Of a stretch of 64,000 nt of DNA, positions 49,348 through 60,200 are shown in pieces. The stretch is taken from assembly GCA_965223855.1 (NCBI GenBank), contig CBDCXM010000009.1, positions 2,752,001 to 2,816,000 on the forward strand, given 5' to 3'. The position numbers were made by a program, and so were the translations under genes. The notes under the pieces were generated by a model, which saw only the letters and a list, made by a program, of their open reading frames with translations, searched no databases and had not been told where the DNA came from. Position 1 is the stretch's first letter; every line of letters begins with the position of its first letter. Origin of the DNA: Candidatus Multivoradales bacterium. GTDB lineage: Bacteria; Acidobacteriota; Thermoanaerobaculia; Multivoradales; JAHEKO01.

Positions 49348-50871
49348 TCAGCTCCGCGCCATCAGCAGCGTATGGAGGAGCTTGCGTTGCGCGGACAGGT
49401 ACTGGATGTCCCCGCTGGGATCGCCGCCGAAGGTCTGCTCGAGCGTCTCACCGGTGTTGGCGTCGGTCGCCTCGACCGCGATCGTGCCGTCCTCCCGATA
49501 CTGGGTGTAGACACCGATCGGGTAGTTGAGTCGCGGGTTGGGGAGGGGACCGACGTTGAGGATGCCGAGGCTCACCGCCTGCTTCGGATCGCCCGAGAAC
49601 TGCACGAAATCGAGCACCATGTTCCGCTGGTCGTGGCGGGTGGTGTAGTACGTCTTGCTGATCCGCGTCGGAAGCGGCATGTTCTTCTTGATCAGCGTGT
49701 TCACGGTGACCTCACCGGTCGTCGGGTCGATGGTGCGCACGCCGACGTTGTAGCCGGTGACCCCCTTGAGCTCCGGCGGCAGGGTGTAGGCGACCTTCTC
49801 GCCGGAGAGCTGCGCGGCGCGCAGCGAGGCGCCGTAGGCGACGGCTTTGCTCGGCTCGTGGTAGAGCACCTCCTGCTCGTCGCCGTCGAACTCCTTGCGG
49901 ACCCGATCCACGACCGCCGGCACCAGGGATGACCCGCCGACGAGAAGCGCGGTGTTCACGTCCTTCTTCGACAGCCCCGCCTCCTTGAGGCACTGCAGCA
50001 TGACGTCGATCGTCTTCTCGATGTAGCCCTTGATGGCACGAACGAACTCGTCCCGCTCGATCTCGATCTCGACCGCCTCCCGACCGAGGATGACGGTCTT
50101 GCGGACACGCGGTGTGGCCGGGCCGCAGAGCTCGATCTTGATCGCCTCCGAAGCGCGCCGCAGTTCCAGGAGCGAACGCGCCGTCGGCTCGAACTTCCGG
50201 CCGAGGGCGTTCTCGAACTGGGCGAGGATGATCTCGCCGATCCGCTCGTCGAACTCCTTGCCTCCGAGATCGGAGAGTCCTGCCTTCGAGAGGACGTAGA
50301 TACCGTTGCTGTCGAGACTCAAGGCGGTGGCGTCGAACGTGCCGCCGCCGAAGTCGTAGGCGAGGAGCACCTGATCGTGCGCTTCGTGAGTTACGCCGTA
50401 GTGAAGTGCCGCGGCGACGGGCTCCTCGATGAGGTCGAGCAGGGGAAGGTCGGCGAGCATCGCGGCGGCCGCGACCGCCTTGCGCTGCGGGTCGTTGTAG
50501 TGAGCGGGGACCGTGATCACGGCGCCGTCCACGCGGCGACCGCCGTCCGCCTCCGCGTCGAAGCGCAGCTTGTCGAGCAGCAGAGCGCCGATCCCCTCGG
50601 CGTGCCAGGCGGCACCCTTGTCGTCGAAGTAGATCGGCTCGCGCTCCCCGAAGTGCCGCTTGAAGAAGCGGATTGCGGGCAACTCCGGATGGTCCTCGAC
50701 CATGTCCTCGGCCGTGGCGCCTACGAAGGCACTGCCTCCGGTGACGACCGCGACCGACGGCGTATGAAACCGCTCCTCGTCCCACGAATCCGGGATCAGG
50801 GCGCTGGAACCGTCGGGCTGGATTCTCGAAGCGAGCGAGTAGCTCGTCCCCAGGTCGATGCCGATCTTCAT
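49348..50871 (-). CDS. specialised short Hsp70-family protein (not housekeeping DnaK)
   Basis: IGIDLGTSYS, ITVPAHY, EEPVAAAL, YDFGGGTFD, LVGGSS; 507 aa with divergent substrate-binding domain and no helical lid. Confidence 0.92.
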   Translation of the reverse strand: MKIGIDLGTSYSLASRIQPDGSSALIPDSWDEERFHTPSVAVVTGGSAFVGATAEDMVEDHPELPAIRFFKRHFGEREPIYFDDKGAAWHAEGIGALLLDKLRFDAEADGGRRVDGAVITVPAHYNDPQRKAVAAAAMLADLPLLDLIEEPVAAALHYGVTHEAHDQVLLAYDFGGGTFDATALSLDSNGIYVLSKAGLSDLGGKEFDERIGEIILAQFENALGRKFEPTARSLLELRRASEAIKIELCGPATPRVRKTVILGREAVEIEIERDEFVRAIKGYIEKTIDVMLQCLKEAGLSKKDVNTALLVGGSSLVPAVVDRVRKEFDGDEQEVLYHEPSKAVAYGASLRAAQLSGEKVAYTLPPELKGVTGYNVGVRTIDPTTGEVTVNTLIKKNMPLPTRISKTYYTTRHDQRNMVLDFVQFSGDPKQAVSLGILNVGPLPNPRLNYPIGVYTQYREDGTIAVEATDANTGETLEQTFGGDPSGDIQYLSAQRKLLHTLLMARS

Positions 50872-50904
50872 GTCGAGCCGGTCCTCACGTCGACGATCGC
50901 CGCA

Positions 50905-53037
50905 TCAGTCGGACGAACCGGGCTTGGGCTTGTTCCGGCTCCCCAACGGTGGGCGCTTGGAGGAGGCTCCGCCCGGCTTGAGGCTCGCCTTCTTGCGAAG
51001 CTTGGCGAAGGGATCCTCCGCCTTCTCCTTCTGGCCGGCGCCGGCTCCGGGCCGGGCCGCTCCGGGTCGGGCCGCTCCGGGTCGCTCGGCACCGGGCCGG
51101 GCAGCGCCGGGCCTCGCGGTGCCGGCCGCGGCAGCTCCAGGCCGGGCAGGGGTGGCGGCGCCACCGCTCTTCATCGCTTCGAGCTTCTTCAGCGCTTCAG
51201 CCGCCTCTTTGGGCATCCCCGGCTTGGCGGCTCCGGCGGCCGCTGCGGGCGGGATTCCGGCAGGCATGCCGGGGGCCGCCGGCGCGGCGCCGGCATCGGG
51301 AGTCATGATCGAGGTGAAGAAGACGATCAACTGCTGGCTCAGCGTTTCGAGGTCGGCGGCGGACGCCGAAGACTTCTTGACACCCTCCGTGACCTTCCGC
51401 TGGGAGGCGTCGAGCGTCTTCAGCTGCTTCTGCAGGATCTCCTTGTCGGCAGCCGCCTCCCGTGCCACCTGATCGGTGATCGACTTGACGGTCGTTTCGA
51501 CGAGGTCGAGGGCGTTGTTCTGCTGCTCGGAGAGGTGCCGGGAGATCGCCTGATCCCACCCCTTCTGTACCTCACCGAGAGAGCGCTTCAGATCGTTGCG
51601 CATGCCCTCGCGCGCCTTGTCGAGCTCCTTGGCTACGGTCTCTGCGCTCTGCTTTCTCGCTCCGTTGTACACGTTGACGAGACCGAAGGAGAGGAGCACG
51701 ACCCCCATCGGAATCGTGAACTCGCGGTAGGAGCGGATGAACGACAGACCGAAGGCGGAGAAGACCATGAAGAAGACCATCTGGTAGCGACGCGCGGCCA
51801 TGAAGTAATCCATCGGTCCGCGGCGCGTGATCTCACTCTGGTAGGGACGGTTGAATCCGACCGAGCGATCGACCAGGTTGGTGAGGTGACGCTCCGACAT
51901 GTGATCGAAGTGGAGCGTGACGGGCGGAGCTCCCTTCGACTCGATCAGATTCTCGAGATGGGTTTCGACCTCGCGGAACAACTCGCGCATCCGCAGCAGG
52001 TCTTCGCGGCCGACGTCGGTGAGCGATCGCGACGCTTCGTCCAGCAGGCCGTCCTGGATCTGCTTCGGGATCGTCAGGACGAAGATCTTCGGCTTCTTCT
52101 CGTAGTCGAAGTCCTCGAAAGCGTCGATCCGCGCGTCGAGCTTGTTCGTGAGAATCCCGTCGTGGGTCGCCACCAGCTCGCCCATGCGCGCGGCCGAGGT
52201 CTTGGTGAAGGTGTCGAACTTCTTCTGCAGATAGGAGCGGACGTCGCCCAGCACCTCCGTCGGGTTCCCTCCCGATCCGGATCCCTTGGCGGCCATCTGC
52301 TGTTCGAGCGAGGCTCGCTTCGAGCGCATTCCACGACCCTCGTTCTCGAGGGCCGCGGCGAACGCGCCGTGCATCGAGGCGAGGGCGCGAGATGCCGACC
52401 ACAGCCCCGCCATCCGACCCGCCTGCTGCAGCGGCGGCCTGCCGAAGCTCTCCTCCAGATTCTTGGTGTGGAGGGTCTCGATCTCGACGATCTTGCAGAC
52501 CCAGTCGTCGCGACTTCCCAGACCGGCGATCGCCTGCGCCCAGTCGCTCTCCTTCGGAGCGACCATCAGCGTGAGCGGCCGGTTCTTGACCTCGGCGATC
52601 AGGGCTTCCATCCACTCCTGGCCGGGCGATTCCTTGGAGCCCCGCGCCACGACGAGCACCGGAGCGACTCTTTCGCCGGCCTGGCGGCCGCGTCCCTGCA
52701 TCCTGCTGCGGAGCCTGACGACGGAGCAGTTGCGCTGAAGGTCGACAGGGCGCCGCTCCTCTTCCTTCTCGCCGGTCGCGAGGTCGACGATCGATTCCGC
52801 CTCCAGCCCCAGCCATTGGGCGAGGGTCCCCGTCCATTGAGGATGGAGATCGCCGAGCAGCAGCACCTCCACCTCGACGGTGCCGGACTCGACGAGCGCC
52901 AGCAGCTCGTCCGCGTTCTCACGCAGTTTGACGAGCGCCGGCGCCCTGCCGGCGGCGTCTACGGTCTCCGAGAATCCGCGAACCTGGTCGCGGACCGTTT
53001 CCGCGGCGTTTTCGGGGCTGACTCGAGCCAGGGCCAT
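50905..53037 (-). CDS. coiled-coil membrane protein, possibly a catalytically dead dynamin-like protein
   Basis: Alpha/beta N-region (VLLLGDLHPQWTGTLAQWLG), long helices, hydrophobic hairpin (MVFFMVFSAFGLSF...IPMGVVLLSFGLV), basic PGAAR-repeat tail. Confidence 0.75.
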   Translation of the reverse strand: MALARVSPENAAETVRDQVRGFSETVDAAGRAPALVKLRENADELLALVESGTVEVEVLLLGDLHPQWTGTLAQWLGLEAESIVDLATGEKEEERRPVDLQRNCSVVRLRSRMQGRGRQAGERVAPVLVVARGSKESPGQEWMEALIAEVKNRPLTLMVAPKESDWAQAIAGLGSRDDWVCKIVEIETLHTKNLEESFGRPPLQQAGRMAGLWSASRALASMHGAFAAALENEGRGMRSKRASLEQQMAAKGSGSGGNPTEVLGDVRSYLQKKFDTFTKTSAARMGELVATHDGILTNKLDARIDAFEDFDYEKKPKIFVLTIPKQIQDGLLDEASRSLTDVGREDLLRMRELFREVETHLENLIESKGAPPVTLHFDHMSERHLTNLVDRSVGFNRPYQSEITRRGPMDYFMAARRYQMVFFMVFSAFGLSFIRSYREFTIPMGVVLLSFGLVNVYNGARKQSAETVAKELDKAREGMRNDLKRSLGEVQKGWDQAISRHLSEQQNNALDLVETTVKSITDQVAREAAADKEILQKQLKTLDASQRKVTEGVKKSSASAADLETLSQQLIVFFTSIMTPDAGAAPAAPGMPAGIPPAAAAGAAKPGMPKEAAEALKKLEAMKSGGAATPARPGAAAAGTARPGAARPGAERPGAARPGAARPGAGAGQKEKAEDPFAKLRKKASLKPGGASSKRPPLGSRNKPKPGSSD

Positions 53038-53064
53038 GACGTGGGCGGCGCGGAGGCGCCGCGC

Positions 53065-53409
53065 TTAGTCGAACGCCTCGATCGCCTCTTTCTGGGTGTC
53101 GAAGGAGGGAATGATCTTGTGGATCAGCGCCATCTGGAGAACCTTGCCCACGTTCTCCTCGAAGTTGGCCAGGTGGACCTGCGCTCCCTTCTCCTTCGCG
53201 GCGACGTTGACCGCGACGAGCTCTCCTACGCCCGCCGAGTCCATCTTGGTGACCTTGCCCATGTCGACCACGAATTTGTCCTCTCCCTCCTTCAGCTCCT
53301 TGACGACGAGCTTCATGAGGTCGAAGTGATCCTGCCCAAGCACCATCTCGCCCTTGAGGCTGACGATGAGGACATCCTTCTGCTGACGTGTCTTGATCTC
53401 GAATGCCAT
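53065..53409 (-). CDS. STAS-domain anti-sigma-factor antagonist
   Basis: IVSLKGEM, VVDMGKVTKMDSAGVGELV (conserved phospho-Ser motif); own RBS GGAGAG. Confidence 0.9.
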   Translation of the reverse strand: MAFEIKTRQQKDVLIVSLKGEMVLGQDHFDLMKLVVKELKEGEDKFVVDMGKVTKMDSAGVGELVAVNVAAKEKGAQVHLANFEENVGKVLQMALIHKIIPSFDTQKEAIEAFD

Positions 53410-53559
53410 CGGACTCTCCCTCTCCGGCGTTTCCGCCGCGGTTCCTGCAGTCTCCTCTTTCGGCTGAGCGCCGAGTCTAGAGGACTTGGTCGTTGCCGAC
53501 AATGAATTGTTACCTCCGGCCCGATTACCCTTCGGCACACTGCCAGAGCCCTTCTTGTC

Positions 53560-53982
53560 TACGGAGCTATGGCTGCTGCGGTGGCGCTCGAAAGGATCGC
53601 CGGTCTCGGCGAGACGCCTCCTGTAGGGCGTCAGACGGCGGTCGATCGTCCTCACACTGAGGTCCAGAAGTTGGCGGGCGATCTTCGGTCGCACCTCGAC
53701 CCTGGTCCTCGCCCAGGTCACCAGCTCGGGCAACCGCTTCTTCAGTTTCGCGGCGGACGGGTAGCGGGCATGCCGCCACAGGGAGACCAGAAGCCGGGTG
53801 CCCTCGTTGTCGCTCTTCCGGGGCCGGCCGCGACGCCTCGGGAGCCTCGGTCGCGGGGGTTTTCGAAGCAGCCGGGTCGCGTACTTACGGTGAAACCCGG
53901 TCACCGCGCAAAATTCGTCCAGCAGCCGTGACTTCTCCGGACGCGTCGCTTTTCGATAGCGCGGCGCGATCGCCTTGACCAT
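53560..53982 (-). mobile_element. transposase N-terminal HTH remnant without catalytic domain, in frame with the STAS gene
   Basis: RYRKATRPEKSRLLDEFCAVTGFHRKYATRLL...LSVRTIDRRL resembles N-termini of integrase-core (ISNCY/IS481-like) transposases; no DDE domain or terminal inverted repeats seen. Confidence 0.6.
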
Positions 53983-54045
53983 CTCGAGTTGCCAGTGTTC
54001 CCTCAAAGGTCGGCCTGTCTGTTTCGGGCTCGGTAACAAACTATA

Positions 54046-54061
54046 TGGCGTGGATCCTGCG
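54046..54061 (+). promoter_or_regulatory. candidate sigma54 (-24/-12) promoter for the repeat-protein operon
   Basis: TGGCGT-GGATC-CTGC gives GG-N10-GC; a TTGACA also occurs at 54104. Confidence 0.3.
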
Positions 54062-54280
54062 AGCGCAAGCCCTCCGGGGTAAGAACGCTTTTGGCGTAAA
54101 CCGTTGACACGCCGAAACTCGGCTGATTCCCTGCCGATCATGCGAGGCGAGCTGGCACAGGGTCCTGGTCTCACCGGCGGTACGGGAGCCGGTGCTGTAA
54201 CGAATCGACCGGTGACGCGCCAGTCCGCTGTGCGAGTCCGCCTCGCGGGACGACCCATTTGCACAATCGAGGAGTAGGAG

Positions 54281-57200
54281 ATGATTGAACTCAGCGACGA
54301 ACAAAAACTACTTGCGCAGTCTCTGCTGCAGAAGAAGGCCGCCATGGAGGCGTACCGGGCAGCGGAGCTGCCGGCTTCCGCGATGCTCGAGGTCGGGCTG
54401 TCGATGGAGCAGGTGCGCGAGGCGGGCTACGAGCCGAACGAGCTCAAGGAAGAGCAGTTCGCGGCCGAGAAGCTGCATGGACTCTGGCCGGCGGCCGAAT
54501 TCCTGGACAGCGACTGGGAGCTGGCCGAACTGAAGGACGGCGGCTACGGCGTCATGGAGTTCAGGACGGGCGGCTGGGAGCCGAGCGTCCTGCTCGACGA
54601 CGGCGCATATACCGCCGAGGACTTCCACGGTGGTGGTGAAGCCGGCGAGGCCGAAGGCGAGGGCGAAGAAGGGGGCGACTCGGAGTCGATCTGGCCTGCG
54701 GAAGAGCTGAAGGCCGCCGAGATCGGTGCCGAGATTCTGCGGGAAGGTGGCTACACGGCGACCGAGCTGCGGGAAGGCGGCTACTTCGCCGGCGAGCTGC
54801 GCGAGGCCGAGTACACGGCCGCGGAGCTGCTCGAGGCCGAGTTCACCGCTGAAGAGATGAAGGACGGCGAGTGGGACGCTGCCGAGCTCAAGGACGGCGG
54901 CTGGGACGCCGAGGTGCTCTACGGCGTCTACAGCAACGAGGAGCTGCGCGAGGCGGGCTACGAGGCGGCGGCGATGAAGAGCGCCGGCGCCACCGCCAAC
55001 GAGATGCGCCAGGCCGGCTATAGCGGCGAGGACCTGCAGGAGGAGTACTCGCTGCCCGAGAAGCGCGAGGGCGGCTACGGCGCCGGCGAGCTGAGCGATC
55101 AGTACTCCGCCAAGGAGATGACCAAGGCGCAGTTCGGCGTCGAAGAGCTCTACCCGCACTACGACGTCGAGGACCTCAAGGAAGCGGGCGTCACGGCGAA
55201 GGAGTTGCTCGAGGAGGTCGAGGAGTGCTCGGTTTCGGACATCGCCGAGTTCTTCAGTGCGACCGAGCTCAAGGAGGCGGGGGCGACCGCCACAGAGCTC
55301 GAACAGGAGAACTTCAGTGCTGCCGATCTCAAGGAGGCGGGGTACCCGCTCTCCGAGCTGAAGGAGTGCTTCGACCTTCCCGACCTCAAGGAGGAGTTCA
55401 CTCTCCCCGAGCTCAAGGAGGAGTACGAACTCTCGGAGCTCAAGGAGGAGTTCGAGGTCTCGGAGCTCAAGGAGGAGTTCGAGCTCGGCGAGATGAAGGA
55501 GGAGTTCGGAGTCGCCGATCTCAAGGAGGCCTACTCGCTCGAGGAGCTCAAGCCCGAGTACGAGCTTTCGGAGCTCAAGGACGCCTACGACCTGGGCGAG
55601 CTGAAGGCTGAGTTCGAGCTTTCGGAGCTCAAGGAGGAGTTCGACCTCGGCGAGCTCAAGGAGGAGTTCTCGCTCGAGAAGCTGAAGGCTGAGTTCGACC
55701 TTCCGGAGCTCAAGGAGGAGTTCGATCTCGGAGAGCTCAAGCGAGAGTTCTCGCTCGAGGAGTTGAAGGAGGAGTTCGACCTCGGCGAGCTCAAGGAGGA
55801 GTTCTCCCTCGAAGAGCTGAAGGCTGAGTTCGAGCTTTCGGAGCTCAAGGAGGAGTTCGACCTCGGCGACCTCAAGCAGGAGTTCTCGCTCGAGGAGCTC
55901 AAGGCTGAGTTCGAGCTTTCGGAGCTCAAGGAAGAGTTCTCGCTCGAGGAGCTGAAGGCGGAGTTCGAGCTGCCGGAATTGAAGGAGGAGTTCGACCTCG
56001 GTGAGCTCAAGGAGGAGTTCTCGCTCGAGGAGCTCAAGGAGGAGTTCGAGCTTGCCGAGCTGAAGGAGGAGTTCTCCCTCGAGAAGCTGAAGGCTGAGTT
56101 CGAGCTCGAGGAGCTCAAAGAGGAGTTCGAGCTTTCCGACCTCAAGGAGGAGTTCTCGCTCGAGGAGCTGAAGGAGGAGTTCGATCTTCCGGATCTCAAG
56201 GAGGAGTTCACTCTCGAAGAGCTGAAGGCGGAGTTCGAGCTGACGGAACTCATGGAGGAGTTCGAACTCTCCGAGCTCAAGCGCGAGTTCTCGCTCGAGG
56301 AGCTCAAGGAAGAGTTCGAGCTTGCCGAGCTGAAGGAGGAGTTCTCGCTCGAGAAGCTGAAGGCGGAGTTCGAGCTCGAGGAGCTGAAGGAGGAGTTCGA
56401 CCTCGGTGAGTTGAAGGAGGAGTTCTCGCTCGAGGAGCTCAAGGAGGAGTTCGAGCTCTCGGAGCTGAAGGAAGAGTTCTCCCTGGAAGATCTCAAGGAG
56501 GAGTTCGAACTCGCCGAGTTGAAGGAGGAGTTCGAGCTTTCGGAGCTGAAGGAGGAGTTCGACCTCGGCGAGTTGAAGGAAGAGTTCGAGCTTCCCGAGC
56601 TCAAGGAGGAGTTCGATCTCGGCGAGCTCAAGGAGGAGTTCGAACTCGCCGAGCTGAAGGAGGAGTTCGAACTCGCGGAGCTCAAGGAAGAGTTCGAACT
56701 CGGTGAGCTGAAGGAGGAGTTCGAGCTTCCCGAGCTCAAGGAGGAGTTCGAACTCGGTGAGCTCAAGGAGGAGTTCGAGCTTTCCGAGCTGAAGGTAGAG
56801 TTCGAGCTTTCGGAGCTGAAGGAAGAGTTCGACCTCGGCGAACTGAAAGAGGAGTTCGAGCTTTCTGAGCTCAAGGAAGAGTTCGAGCTCGGTGAGCTGA
56901 AGGAAGAGTTCGAGCTCGACGAACTGAAGGAAGAGTTCGAGCTTTCGGAGCTCAAGGAGGAGTTCGAACTCGGCGAGCTGAAGGAGGAGTTCGAACTCGA
57001 CGAGCTGAAGGAGGAGTTCGAGCTTTCCGAGCTGAAGGAGGAGTTCGAGCTTTCGGAGCTCAAGGAAGAGTTCGAGCTCGAGGAGTTGAAGGAAGAGTTC
57101 GAGCTCGGCGAGCTGAAGGAGGAGTTCGAGCTCGAGGAGCTCAAGGAAGAGTTCGAGCTTTCGGAGCTCAAGGAGGAGTTCGAACTTTCGGAGCTCAAGG

Positions 57201-60200
57201 AGGAGTTCGAGCTCGAGGAGTTGAAGGAAGAGTTCGAACTCGGTGAGCTCAAGGAGGAGTTCGAGCTCGAGGAACTCAAGGAGGAGTTCGAGCTTTCCGA
57301 GTTGAAGGAAGAGTTCGAGCTTTCGGAGCTCAAGGAAGAGTTCGAACTCGAGGAGTTGAAGGAAGAGTTCGAGCTCGGTGAGCTCAAGGAGGAGTTCGAG
57401 CTCGACGAGCTGAAAGAGGAGTTCGAGCTTTCGGAGCTCAAGGAAGAGTTCGAGCTCGGCGAGCTGAAGGAAGAGTTCGAACTCGACGAGTTGAAGGAGG
57501 AGTTCGAGCTCGGCGAGCTGAAGGAAGAGTTCGAGCTCTCGGAGCTCAAGGAGGAGTTCGACCTCGGCGAGCTGAAAGAGGAGTTCGAGCTTTCGGAGCT
57601 GAAGGAGGAATTCGAGCTCTCCGAGCTGAAGGAGGAATTCGAGCTTTCGGAGCTCAAGGAGGAGTTCGAGCTCTCGGAGCTCAAGGAGGAGTTCGAGATC
57701 CCCGAGCTGAAGGAGGAGTTCGAGCTCTCCGAGATGAAGGAGGAGTTCGAGCTCGAAGAGCTCAAGGATCACTACGAGCTCGAGGAGCTGGCCGAGGAGT
57801 ACACCTGCGCCGAGCTCAAGGACGTCGACTTCACGGCGCAGGAGCTCTACGGGGTCGACTTCACCATGGGCGACCTCAGGGAGGCGGGCTTCACCGCCGG
57901 CGAGCTCAAGGAGGAGGGCTTCGAAGCGGGGCAGCTCCTCGAGGGTGAGTACGAGGCGCAGGATTGTCACGACGCCGGGTACGACGCCGCCGAGATGCTC
58001 GCCGGTGAGTGGCTCACCGAGGTACTGCACGGTGTCTACTCCGCTGCCGAGATGCTCGAGGGCGACTGGCCGACGGATCTGATGCACGGCATCTACACCG
58101 CGGCCGAGATGCTGGAGGCGAACTGGCCGACCGAGCTGATGCACGGCATCTTCGAGGCCGCCGAGCTTCTAGAAGCCAACTGGCCGACGGAGCTGGTGCA
58201 CGGCATCTACCAGGCCGCCGAGCTTCTGGAGGCGAACTGGCCGACGGAGCTGGTGCACGGGATCTTCGATGCCGCCGAGCTCCTGGAGGCGAACTGGCCG
58301 ACGGACCTGCTGCACGGGATCTTCCCGGCCGCCGAGCTTCTCGACGCGAACTGGCCGACGGAGCTGATGCACGGCATCTACCAGGCCGCCGAGCTTCTGG
58401 AGGCGAACTGGCCGACGGAGCTGCTGCACGGGATCTTCCCGGCCGCCGAGCTTCTGGAGGCGAACTGGCCGACGGAACTGGTGCACGGGATCTTCGAGGC
58501 CGCCGAGCTTCTGGAGGCGAACTGGCCGACCGAGCTGGTGCACGGGATCTTCCCGGCCGCCGAGCTTCTGGAGGCGAGCTGGCCGACGGACCTGATGCAC
58601 GGGATCTTCGACGCCGCCGAGATGTTGGAGGCGAACTGGCCGACCGATCTGATGCACGGGATCTTCCCGGCCGCCGAGCTTCTGGAAGCGAGCTGGCCTA
58701 CGGATCTGATGCACGGGATCTTCGACGCCGCCGAGATGCTGGAGGCGAACTGGCCGACCGATCTGATGCACGGGATCTTCCCCGCGACGGAGCTGTTGGA
58801 CGCCAACTGGCCGACGGAGCTGATGCACGGGATCTTCGACGCTGCCGAGATGCTGGAGGCGAACTGGCCGACCGATCTGATGCACGGGATCTTCCCGGCT
58901 GCCGAGCTTCTGGAGGCGAACTGGCCGACGGATCTGATGCACGGGATCTTCAACGCCGCCGAGATGCTGGAGGCGAACTGGCCGACCGATCTGATGCACG
59001 GGATCTTCCCGGCCGCCGAGCTTCTGGAGGCCAACTGGCCCACGGAGCTGGTGCACGGCATCTTCGATGCGACCGAGCTACTGGAGGCCAACTGGCCGAC
59101 CAACCTGTTGCACGGGATCTTCCCGGCCAAGGAGCTGCTCGACGCGGCCTGGCCGACGGAGCTGGTACACGGCATCTACGAGGCTGCCGAGCTTCTGGAG
59201 GCCGACTGGCCGACCGAGCTGGTGCACGGCATCTTCGATGCCGCCGAGCTTCACGCCGGCGGCTGGCTGGCCGAGCGCCTGCACGGCATCTTCGGCGCCG
59301 ACGAGGTCAAGGACGCCTACCAGCCCGACGAGGTCGAAGGTGTCTACGCGATGGAGGAGTTCTTCGGGGACGAGGTCTCCGAGGCGATCTCGAGCGTCGG
59401 TGACTTCACGTCGATGATCACGAGCGGCATCGACCGCCTCAACGAGATGCTCGCCGCCGCGCAGTCGGTGAAGGGCGACATCGTTGCGGCGACCGACGAG
59501 GTCAAGTCGCAGTTCGACGTTCTCGACCAGTCGATCAACGAGGCCGAGCAGCAGATCGCTCAGCAGGCCGAGGAGATCGCCGCCAAGTTCGAGGAGTTCG
59601 AGGCCAAGCTCACCGCCTTCGACGGCGGGGTGTCGGAAGGCACCGAGGGGCTGGAGAACGAGCTCAACGACGTCGAGGTGATGTCCAACGAGATGCTCTC
59701 GACGATGCAGACCCAGTACGAGGCCTGCAAGAGCGACCTCGAAGCGCTCGCCGATCAGGTGACGGAGTACCAGAGCACCACGACGAGCGAGGTTCAGGCG
59801 CGTCAGGAGCAGATCGAAGCGTTCCAGCAGGAGATCGAGTCGGTCGAAAGCGACTTCCGCGACAAGAAGGACGAGCTCGTCGACCACTACAACGGGATGC
59901 AGGACGGTCTGGTCAACAGCCTGTCGAACGTCCAGAGCGAGTTCGGCGGCCTGGTGTCTCAGACCTCCTCGAGCCTCACGGCTCTGACCGGAATGCTCGA
60001 CGACACGAGCTCGGAGAAGCTGGGCAACATGGCGACTCTGATGCTCGAGACGCTGGTGGGCGCCCTCGGCGATTCCGCCGGCGCCCTCGGCGACGCGCTC
60101 TCGTTCCTCGAGGGTGTCGGTGCGGCGGGCCAGGAGCTGATGGACGGCGCCGCCGGCGACGTCATCGGCCAGATGGAAGGCGTCGTCGACGTCATCGACC

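Noticed and set aside
49348-50871. Housekeeping dnaK
   Set aside because: Too short, divergent substrate-binding domain, and no grpE/dnaJ nearby
54152-54168. Second sigma54 site TGGCACAGGGTCCTGG
   Set aside because: Lacks the -12 GC at the required spacing
55585-57765. 726-aa poly-Ser ORF and 1278-aa Leu/Glu ORF (54308..58144) on the minus strand
   Set aside because: Antisense shadows of the 27-bp repeat; synonymous variation preserves the + strand frame, which also has the RBS and operon context
55343-59297. 27-bp and 57-bp arrays as CRISPR or non-coding satellites
   Set aside because: Periods are multiples of 3, the arrays lie in an open frame with codon-position-biased variation, and there are no spacers
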